Assembly: GCA_002189035.1 (NCBI GenBank)
Contig: NEEC01000012.1
Location: forward strand, 1,178,001-1,242,000
DNA: 64,000 nt
Source of the DNA: Utricularia gibba
Taxonomy: Eukaryota > Plantae > Magnoliophyta
Direction: 5' to 3'
Shown here: positions 50,868 through 61,968 of the stretch, one piece after another
How the letters are laid out: each line of letters opens with the position of its first letter
How positions within the stretch are numbered: position 1 is the first letter of the stretch
The notes under the pieces: model-generated
The model's database searches: none
The model's input: the letters and a program-made list of their open reading frames with translations, nothing else
What the model was told of the DNA's origin: nothing
Program-made: the position numbers and the translations under genes

Positions 50868-53800
50868 TGTTGGAGATCAGCCTCAATCCAAAGTTTGAAA
50901 GTGATTGGAAGCACTAATCTTGTGTCATAATGTTATATTTCAGATTAAAAAAGGTGTTGAGTTCGAGCATGGAAGTATTGGATTCGAGTTGTTGGACTTT
51001 TTGTGTGTTTTCAATAATTGTGGCCTACTGTTGGGTAACCTAGGTATTGGGTATATATAAACCCTACTAAGAATGCGTGTCAATAGGGTTTTGGTCATTC
51101 TTATTGTTCATGAGTCGTTTTTCATCCAAGTTGATCTCAGAAGCATTACCTTTTTGTTACTTCCCAAGACTCTCTTTTTCTTGCATCAACATGGTATCAG
51201 AGCAGTAAGGTTCTCAAACCTGTGCTCGTTTCAGTATTTTATTTACCGTTCAGCGTTTTTTAACCCAAAGTTTGTCAAGTGAAGGCATCTGGTAGAGGAC
51301 CTCCAATATTTGATGGTTCAGAGTATGGAAGCTGGGTCAAAAAGATGCGCAGCTACCTGCGGGTCAGAAAGATTTGGGATGTTGTCGAAAGGGAGATTCC
51401 GGCGATTACAATAACAAGCAAATCCACATCAGAACATCAAGAGGAAGCTGAATATCTTCAACAGAGAAAAGATGAAGCAATGGATGCCTTATATCAAGCC
51501 ATCTCTGAACATCTATTTGATGATATTGCAGAGTGTCAATCAGCAAAAGAAATATGGGATACTCTCAAATCCCATTATGAAGGTGATGCCAAACTGAGAG
51601 AAATATTATGCAAAAACAAGTTGGAGGACTTTGAGAGGAACAAAATGTTAGACAATGAAACCATACAAGTCTATTATGAACGTACTGCGAAGCTTGTGAA
51701 AGAGATTCGAGGATTGGGGGAAAAACTTGTGGATCAAAAGGTGATTAGCAAGGCAATCATGAGCCTACCTACAAGATTCGAGCCAAAGTTATGTGCACTT
51801 GAGACAGAAAGAAAAATCCTTGACATTATTGAAGGAAAGCTCCATCAATTATATCTTGAATATCCTGTTACACCAGAGCCAACATTTAGAGAGTTCATGA
51901 TTGAATTGCAATCTACAGAAAAGAGATTGGAGCTAAGAGATGGTTATGAAGTTGAGAAAACTTATGGTGAAGCTGCTCTCCTCACCAAAATGCAGAATAT
52001 GAATATAAACTCAGGTGCAATTAACAATGTCAAGGATGTCAAATCAACAGCCATCAAACAATCACCAACGTCAATCCCCACATCAACGATGGGCAATCAG
52101 AAGTGCAGGCATTGTGACAAATCCAACCATAAGAGTGAAGATTGTTGGACTTTAAGCACAAATGCTTGCAATCATTGTAACAAACAGAATCACAGGAGTG
52201 AGTTTTGCTGGTGGAAGCCTGATGCTTTGTGCACGAAATGCAATCAAAGAGGCCATCTTGACAAGGTATGTGGAATGTCAAAACCAATAAAAGTTGAGCA
52301 TAACAAGAAGGCTACTTCCAGGGAAGAGAAATCACATGCATCTTTTACCTACTTTGAAGATGAGCCAGAAATATCTTTTGAAGATCCTTTTGAGTATGAG
52401 TGTGCTCTAATGACAGTAGCCTCAGATGCTAAAGGCTGGTACTTGGACTTTGGCGCCTCCTATCATGTATGTTGTGATACAAGATCATTTATCAAGCTTG
52501 AAAGGATTGGGAAGGAGGTAAGCACGTGCACTGGTGAAAATATTGGCATTGTGGGCAAAGGAAGCATTTTACTCTTGCTAAAAAAAGGAATTGTTCAAGT
52601 TGATGATGTTTATTATTCACCAAACCTCAAACAGAACCTGTTGAGCTTTGGCCAATTGAGCAGGCAAGGTTTTGACATTGAGCTGATGAAAGATGCTGGT
52701 GGTATAACCACTACAGTTAAGGTTGCTGATCCAAAAACGAAGATTGAATTCCATGCTGTGTTGACCACCTACAACCTCTACCAAATCATGGTCAGTGATC
52801 ATAAAAGTTGTATTTTCTCACTTCAAGATCAAAGCAGCCTTTGGCACAAACGTTTTGGGCACTATAGCTTCAACAATCTGAAAATATTGCAGAACAATAA
52901 CGAAGAACTGGAATTGAAAGACATCAAGTTTGCTAATGTCATATGTGAAGTGTGTCATCAAGGTAAACAGTGTAGAAAGCCCTTTTATTCCTGTGATTCA
53001 GTAGCAAAGGAGAAATTAGAGCTTATGCATACAGATGTTTGTGGACCATTTAAGGAATGTTCATTAGGGGGAGTAGATACTTTGTTACATTGATTGATGA
53101 TTATTCACGTTATTGTTGGGTTTACTTTCTTAAAAACAAGTCAGAAGTTCCTCATATCTTTCGAAAATTCAAAGTGATGGTTGAGAATCAGAGTGGATGC
53201 TCTTTGAAGATGATTAGATCAGACAATGGAGGCGAATTCTACAATAATAGCATGAGAATGTTCTGTGAAAATGAGGGAATCATGCATCAATTCACCGTAC
53301 CATATTCTCCACAACAGAATGGTATATGTGAAAGGAGAAACAGAACAATCCTTGATATGTCAAGATGCCTATTGTTTGAGAAAGGTCTTCCTGTAAGTTT
53401 CTGGGCTGAAGCGGTATCTACATCTGTATATCTGTTGAACTTGCTTCCCTCAAGGGCGATTAGTGTAAAAACCGCCCATGAAAAATGGCATGGTTATATT
53501 AAAAAGGTTGATCATCTCAAAATCTTTGGTAGTCTGTGTTTTACTCATATACCAGACCAAAAACGAGGAAAACTTGAAAAGAAATCTATATCTGGTGTAT
53601 TTGTTGGTTATAGCAACATTACCAAGGGATATAAAGTTTATCTACCTCAACATAAGAAATTTATCCTCAGCCATGATGTCACTTTTGATGAAGGTGCAAG
53701 GTATACTTTAATTGATGATTGCATTGCTCTGAATGATGCAGAAGCTCATAAAAGTCTTGAAAGGCATAGTACCCATGTGAAAGGAGACATCTGGACACAC

Positions 53801-56203
53801 ATGCCTCAAAACCTCTCTTCCAGCAATTCAACAAACCAAGAAACTTCAGAACTCATTCATGAAGATTCAAATCAAGTAAATGATCAGCATTCAGATGAGA
53901 ATTTTCCAGCTCAAGAGGAGGAGAAGGTCACAAATCAAGATGGCTCGCCCAATAAGAATTCAGAATCAAACTCTGAACCCCTGTATGGACGATCTCATCA
54001 GGCCAATGATCAACCTTCAGATGGGAATTTCGAAATCCCAGAAGAGGAGAATGGCATGAATGTAGAAGACTCATCAACAGATGAATCTGATGGAGAGGAA
54101 CCTGATACTGATGATGAAGATTATTACCCATCTGATCGTGATTGGCAAGGAAGGAAATGCAAAAACATCAGAGATTCAATAAATAATGAAGATAGTCATG
54201 TTACTAACATTAGAAGAAGCAAAAGAAACAAGGCTCCTACAATAAGTTTCTCCAAGTTGAATGATGATGTTCAAGATGCTATAGATGATATTTGGCCTGG
54301 ATTATTGACAAGAGATCCAACATCATTTGAAGTGGCTGTTCAAAATCCGAAATGGAGAGAGGCCTTGAAGGAAGAAATGAATTCTATACTTGAAAATGAA
54401 ACATGTGAGTTAGTCGATAAACCTAAGGATAGGGGTTTCAAACCTATTGGCCTCAAGTGGTTATTCAAAACCAAGATGAATGTTGATGGTTCTATCAACA
54501 AATATAAGGCTAGATTAGTAGCCAAGGGATATAGTCAGATCAAAGAAATAAATTTTAATGAGATTTTTGCACCAGTAGCAAGATTTGAAACGATTAAAAT
54601 ACTTATTGCCATTTCAGCTGCTCATGGATGGAAAGTGCATCACATGGATGTGAAGACTGCGTTCTTGAATGGTGTGTTGGAGGAGGTTGTTTTTGTTGAA
54701 CACTCAAAGGGCTTCGAATTGTCAGGTCATGAAGACAAAGTATTAAAGCTAAAGAAATCTCTCTATGGGTTAAAGTAAGCTCCTAGATCATGGAATGAAC
54801 GCGTGGATAACTTTCTCCATGGTATTGGTTTCAGAAAAGCATATAGTAATTACTCACTGTACGTTAAAGGAAAGGGAGATGATCGTTTATTTGTTAGCGT
54901 ATATGTGGATGATCTTATGATTACTTCAGGTGATGAAAGGAAGATTGAAGAATTCAAAGCGCTTCTCAAAAATGAATTCAAGATGACTGACCTTGGAATG
55001 ATGTCCTACTATCTAGACATGGAAATTCATCAACTTGCAGGTGTTGGAACATTCATATCTCAGAAGAGGTACTGTAATGAACTTCTTGAAAGCTTTGGAT
55101 TCAAAGATATCAATCCTTCAAAAACCCCCTTAGATTGCAAACAGGTGATTGGAGAAAACAATTAGGGAAGGAATGTCGATGGTACTACTTATAGAAGTAT
55201 GATTGGAAGCCTCATCTATCTCCAGCATACAAGGCCTGACCTGTGTTTTTGTGTAAATGTCTTATCTTGCTTCCTCAACAAACCAACAACAACTCACATG
55301 GCAGCTGTTAAAAGAGCTTTCAGGGACATAAAATCTACTACTGATTTCGGATTGTTCTATCCCTATGAAGGTGAAAAACAAGTCTTGAAACTTAGAGCCT
55401 ATTTTGATAGTGATTATGGTATGGCTCAAGATAGCAAGAGTACGTCTGGTGCACTTTTCTTCTTGAATATTAGCCTTGTGGTCTGGTTTTCGAAGAAACA
55501 AAAGGTGGTAGCACAATCAACAGTTGAAGCAGAATACATCTCAGCAGCACATTCTTCGAACTATTGTGCTTGGTTGAGGCAGATGTTAAACGAACTTGGA
55601 TTCATACAAAAGGAAGCCACACATCAGCTTATGGATAATCGAGCTACAATCTCCATTGCCAAGGATCCGACGAACTTCAGCAAAACCAAACACATAAGAA
55701 TCAGGTATCATGTCATAAGGAATTACCTCAAGGAGAAGAAGATTAAAGTGCAGTATGTTGAGAGTGGGAATCAACTTGCTGATGGACTCACCAAATGTTT
55801 GATTAGAGTTCAGGTTGAGCTAGCAAGGAAGAACATGAATCTCATGACTATGGAATACTTTCTCAAGTTGGAAGATCTCGGTCTGAGGGGTAGTGTTGGA
55901 GATCAGCCTCAATCCAAAGGTTGAAGGTGATTGGAAGCATTAATATTGTGTCATGATGTCATGTTTTAGATAAAAAGGTGTTGGATTCGAACATGGAAGT
56001 GTTGGGTTCGAGTTGCTGGGCTCTTTTTGTGTTTTCAATGATTGTAGCCCACTGGCTAGGTATTGGGTATATATAAACTCTACTAGGAATGCGTCTCAAT
56101 TAGGTTTTCGGTCATTCTTATTGTTCATGAGTCGTCTTTCATTCAAGGTGATCTCATAAACATTACCTTTTTGTTACTTCCCAAGACTATCTTTCTTACA
56201 ACA
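50868..56203 (+). mobile_element. Near full-length Ty1/Copia element with mismatched LTRs; gag-pol disrupted
   Basis: 5' LTR 50868-51191, PBS TGGTATCAGAGC at 51192-51203, gag-pol 51279-~55890 ([43 protein letters not shown]). Frameshift at ~53070, stops at 54776 and 55163. PPT GAGGGGTAG, 3' LTR 55894-56203 only ~88% identical to the 5' LTR. No TSD. Confidence 0.93.
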
Positions 56204-58812
56204 ACAAACTTATGGTGATGCTGCTCTGGTCACCAAAATGCAGAATATGAATATAAACTCAGGTGCAACTAACAATGTCAAGGATGTGAAGTCAACAACC
56301 ATCAAACAATCAACAACATCAATCCCAACTTCAACCATGGGTAATCAGAAGTGCAGGCATTGTGATAAATCCAACCACAAGAGTGAAGATTGTTAGATTT
56401 TAAGCATAAATGCTTTCAAGCATTGCAACAAACAGAATCACATGAGTGAGTTTTTCTGGTGGAAGCTTGATGCTTTGTGCACGAAATGCAATCAAAGAGG
56501 CCACCTTGACAAGGTATGTGGAATGTCAAATCCAATCAAAGTTGATCATAAAAAGAATGCTACTTTCAGGGATGAAAAATCACATGCATCCTTTACCTAC
56601 TTTGAAGACGAGCCAGAAATATACTTTGAAGATCCATGTGATTATGAGTGTGCTCTAATGACAGTAGTCTCAAATGCTAAAGGTTGGTACTTGGATTCTG
56701 GCGCCTCCTATCATGTATGTTGTGATACAAAATCATTTCTCCAGGTTGAAAAGATTGGGAAGGAGGTAAGCACGTGCATTGATGAAAATATTGGCATTGT
56801 AGGCAAAGGAAGCATCTTACTCATTCTAAAAGAAGGAATTGTTCAAGTTGATGATGTTTATTATTCACCAAACCTCAAATAGAACCTATTGAGCTTTGGC
56901 CAATTGAGTAGGCAAGGTTTTGAAATTGAGTTGATGAAGGATGCTGGTGGTATAACCACTAAAGTTAAGGTTGTGGATCCAAAAACGAAGATTGAATTTT
57001 ATGCTGTGTTGACAACCTACAACCTCTACCAAATCACGGTGAGTGATCATAAAAGTTGTATTTTCTCACTTCAGAATCAAAGCAGCCTTTGGCACAAACT
57101 TGTTGGGCACTATAACTTCAACAATCTGAAAATATTGCAGAGGAATAAGGAAGTACTGGAATTGAAAGACATCAAGTTTGCTGATGCCATATGTGAAGTG
57201 TGCCATCAAGATAAACAGTGTAGAAAGCCATTTTATTCCAGTGATTCAGTAGCAAAGGAGAAATTAGAACTTGTGCATACAGATGTTTGTGGGCCATTTA
57301 AGGAATGTTCATTGGGGGGGTAGTAGATATTTTGTTACATTCATTGATGATTATTCACGTTATTATTGGGTTTACTTTCTTAAAATCAAGTCAGAAGTTC
57401 CTCATATCTTTCGAAAATTCAAAGTGATGACTGAGAATCAGAGTGGATGCTCCTTAAAGATGATTAGGTCAGACAATGGAGGTGAAATGAGGGAATCATG
57501 CATCAACTCACAGTATCATATTCTCCACAACATAATGGTATATGTGAAAGGAGAAACAGAACAATCCTTGATATGTCAAGATGTCTATTGTTTGAGAAAG
57601 ATCTTCCTGTAAATTTTTGGGCTGAAGCGGTATCAACATCTGTATATCTATTGAACTTTCTTCCTTCCAAGGCGATTAGTGGAAAAACCGCCCATGAAAA
57701 ATGGCATGGTTATATTAAAAAGGTTGATCATCTCAGAATCTTTAGTAGTTTGTGTTTTACTCATGTACCAGACAAAAACGAGGAAAACATGATAAGAAAT
57801 CTGTATATGGTGAATTTGTTTGTTATAGCAACACTATCAAAAGATATAAAGTTTATATACCTACCCAGATGAAATTCATATTTAGTCATGATGTCTCTTT
57901 TGATGAAGGTTCTAAGTACACTTTGATTGATGATTGCCTTTCTCTAAATGATGCAGAAGCTCGAAAAAATCTTGGAGGGCATAACACTCACGTTAAAGGT
58001 GACCTATGGACACACATGCCTCAAAACATCTCTTCTAAGAATTCAACAAACCAAAAAACTCAAGTAGGAATTGCAAATATACAGGTGAATGAGAACTCAA
58101 CATCAACTTCAGAACTCATCCATGAAGATTCAAATCAAGTAAATGATCAGCATTCAGATGAGAATTTCCCACCTCTAGAAGAGGAGAAGGTCACAAATGT
58201 AGACGACTCACCCAATGATAATTCAGAATCAATCTCAGAACCCTTATATGAACAATCACATCAAGCCAATGATCAATATTCAGATGGGAATTTCGAAGTC
58301 GCAGAAGAGGAGCAAGGCCCGAATGCAGAAGACTTATCAACAAATGAATATGATGGAGAGGAACCTGATACTGATGATGAAGATTATTACCCATCTGATT
58401 GTCATTGGCAAGGAAGGAAATGCAAAAGCATCAGAGATTCAACAGACAATGAAGATAGTCATGTTACCAACATAAGACGAAGCAAAAGAAATAAGGCTCC
58501 TACAATAAGATTCTCCAAGTTGAATGATGATGTTCAAGATGTTATAGCTGATATTTGGGCTGGATTATTGACAGGAGATCCAACATCATTTGAAGTGGCT
58601 GTTCAAAATCCGAAATGGAGAGAGGCTATGAAGAAATAAATGAATTCTATACTTGAAAATAAAACATGAGAGTTAGTTGATAAACCCAAGGATAGGGGAT
58701 TCAAACCTATTGACTTCAAGTGGTTATTCAAAACCAAGATGAATGCAAATAGTTCTGTCAACAAATATAAGGCTAGATTAGTAGCCAAAGGATATAGTCA
58801 AAACAAAGAAAT
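56204..58812 (+). mobile_element. Second, more decayed copy of the same Copia family (gag C-terminus to RT start) directly after the 3' LTR
   Basis: Begins mid-gag (AAACTTATGGTGATGCTGCTCT, matching ~51958) and is colinear with 51958-54550. Contains an extra ~50 bp at ~58060-58110 and many frameshifts. Ends abruptly at 58812. Confidence 0.9.
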
Positions 58813-60165
58813 CTTATGTTTTGTTTATTACATCTTTCAAAAATCTATTAACAAATCGTAGTATTTGGAATTGGTAAAAATTTAAAATCTACTTCTAATT
58901 GTTGTTCATTTCATCAGAAACCTCAATTCCACATGACCAACACTCATACTATGTTTTTAATGTTTTATGTTTTAACTTTTATTTAAAATTTGTTGAGATG
59001 ATACAAAAAATCACTTAGCAATAAAGTTGAGTGAAGTGGGTGAATGGGTTTGATAACAATATACTAAATTGCTTGTGAACATGAAAAAAAACGATTAAAT
59101 AAAAGAATCTTTGTAATTTTTTTTAAGGTTTTTTTGTCCTAGGTGAAGAAAATATAAAATCATAAAATTAGATATATAAAGTGACCAATATCATATTAGA
59201 AAAATGTTAATCTTTATAGTTCTCCAAATCTACCACTACCAAAGATTTCGGATGGCAGTACTAATTCTATGATCACTTTCCCAAAAACACGAAATTCAGG
59301 CTCCTAACAACCCAAAGTCTCATTCAGTAATTTTCAATCAATCATTTAAAATTTTTCTTCATACCATTTAAAGAAGTTGCATCTTTGGCTCATTAACTTT
59401 GAGATAACACATGACTGCATTTTATCATACACTTTTCCCTTAAAAAGGCTTGATTGAAATCTATGATCAGTCATAGCTTGGGTGTGGGAAGCTTTTAGAA
59501 GCCCGATGAAGAATTTGGGGAGCTCATTCGAAGTCAAGGCTCTCTAGACTCATCCACATCTAAATCTCTGTCCGACAAGACAATAGGACAACTATGGCCC
59601 GACAACAAAGGTATAGTTTACCCGTTGGATATGATAGTTTAATTAATAATATATTCAAATTCTTTTATGTTTTAATAAATACGTATCATATACTTAAATT
59701 TTAAATTGGCTATTATATAAATTTTATCAATGTATATTTAAAATGATATTGCATTTATTAAATATATTTGGAACACACAAAAAAAATAAACCAAAACTTG
59801 TTTCATTAAGAAAAGTCATATGAAATAAGAGTTTTCAAAAACATAATAAAAGATTATGTAAATGTTTTATAAATTGAATATATGTTAAACAACAAGCTCA
59901 TGAATCAGTCGACGTCAACACATATGTTGTGACCGAAACGAGACTTCCACACAAAAATAGTCGAATAAAAACATGGCATCCGGACTACAGTGAATTGATG
60001 TCGCAAGCACCACTACTAAATGGTGATGGTCCATGCCGTTGATTCCCTACAAAACAAGGACAGCCGAGGTTTTGTGCGCCGCGGATTGCATATTTACCAC
60101 TAGCGAGCTGCCTGCTTCTCACCAAATCTCGAAACCTGCACCTTTAACCCCCCACACTTTTTCTC

Positions 60166-60171
60166 TATAAA
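60166..60171 (+). promoter_or_regulatory. TATA box of the ENOD93-like gene
   Basis: CTATAAA ~60 bp upstream of the ATG at 60231, at the edge of a GC-rich gene body. Confidence 0.55.
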
Positions 60172-60230
60172 CTTGAGGCCTTCCTCACCCCCGTCCGCTG
60201 TAAAACACAGCAGCTACTCGTACATCCAAA

Positions 60231-60765
60231 ATGAAGGATTACTTCCCACTTCCCCCTACAACCGAAGACGAGAAGCTTCTCCTCTCTAGGAAGTGCGGCT
60301 CAGGTTCGCCCGAAACTCGCTCTCTTCTCTCGGCTTCCGTCGTGTTATAGTGATACTTCGTGTTTTCGTAGAGAGCGTGCGTGTCGGAGCCTACGCCGCG
60401 GCGGTGGCATTCGTTGGCAGCGCCATTCCCACGGTCGGTGCCCCTTATCCCGGATTGGATTTTGAACAGATTTCTATATTTATACATTAATACATGCGCG
60501 ACACATTTCCCAGATGATATGCGCGCGGAAGATCCCCTGGGCTAGAGCTAACCTCAACTACGCGGCGCAAGCGCTCATCATATCATCTGGTAAGCGCGGG
60601 CTCTGCTTCCAGGATCGTAACTCGTTGTTAACTACTACGTACGCCAACCCTATCGCCTCTTTCGGTGTCCGTACAGCGTCGATGGCGGCGTACTTCATCA
60701 CCGCGGACAAGACCATAATGGCCTGCGCGAAGAATAATGCGCGGTGCAACTGCGGATCCTGCTAA
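60231..60765 (+). CDS. ENOD93: Early nodulin-93-like protein, 99 aa, 4 exons (60231-60303, 60372-60433, 60514-60589, 60677-60765)
   Basis: All three introns are GT-AG and phases are consistent (73+62+76+89=300 nt). Protein: MKDYFPLPPTTEDEKLLLSRKCGSESVRVGAYAAAVAFVGSAIPTMICARKIPWARANLNYAAQALIISSASMAAYFITADKTIMACAKNNARCNCGSC. Signature motifs SAIPT, PWARANLN, AQALIIS and AYFITADKT. High GC at third codon positions. Confidence 0.93.
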
Positions 60766-61968
60766 GGGAGCCACCGACTTTGTGCATCCCAGAAAGGACA
60801 AATCAACGTGTTGCTGCTGCAGGTTTCAATTCTGAAAATGATATATATAAAGCGACATGGGCAACGTTAAATAATATTAATAAAAAAGGTGGCCGACATA
60901 TGCTGACCACGCACAAAAACTTGGAAGAGAACTATTAAAATGGGAAATTATGTTTTTATTATTTTGGCGGTGGAGGGTGGACCAGGCCTACTCGGCGCAA
61001 TAACAAAACGACTCACAAACCCCAGAAATTTGTGAGGACATGGATTTCGATGATGGGAAATGATAGGAAATAATTGTAATGATTTTTAAAACGATAAATA
61101 AAATGTACACTTGATATACGGGTTGGAATTTAAAAAATATTATTTATTAATAATTCGAATTATCATAAAAATGAGATTTTAATTATTTCTTTTTTTGACA
61201 TCTCATGAACTATAATCTCTTCTCTATATTTTTAATAAAATATTAAAATCCTTACCGATTTAGATAATTTATAATCGAATATATCATTAAAAATTAAGTC
61301 ATCTCATTTACAAATACCAATGAAATTAAATCAACCTCATTTTTCATTTATAATCAAATATTCCGTAACAATAACTCATATAATGTTTTCCGTTAAACAA
61401 ATCATGTCATTTTCATTTGAGGTGGCTTTTATTCGTTTTTAATAACAGATCATGTCTATTCACATAACAAGGCTGCAGTATTAATGGATTAATATTAATA
61501 TTATGAATAACTATTAATTCTTGAAGTTATTAGTAGTGGATAAAAGACTTGGTTCTTATAACACAATCTCCCATCGGAGATCCCACACTGATTTAAACTT
61601 TTTTTATTGACATACGTGTGATGTATCTTGTTTTATTTTGTTAACTATCGTTAAGTTGTAGTGGTGGCTATATTTTAATGGAACTGCACCAAAAACTCTA
61701 AACCTGTGTAAGTAAACATTGACTTATCGTGAGACGTGAGTCACACGGAGAAATTAAGACATCTGCAATTAAAATTGATATTAATTATGAACACGTCTAA
61801 GCTTTTTTCAATGCTTTTTCTATTGGTCTATTTAAGTTTCGCTTTATTTAAATTTTTAGTTAGACACAAATACCCTTTATATTGCAGTATTCCAGAGTTG
61901 ACCGTGTACTCAAATCCAACATATTGCGAGGAGACGGGTCCTTTGACCTCATCCTCCATCTCTGAGCA

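Noticed and set aside
59346-59537. Minus-strand ORF ending CNFFKWYEE, resembling a GRF zinc-finger tail often carried by Mutator elements
   Set aside because: Only the last few residues match; upstream Cys residues and TIRs were not found.
60239-60749. Minus-strand ORFs 60239-60487 and 60558-60749
   Set aside because: They are antisense shadows of the GC3-rich ENOD93 exons.
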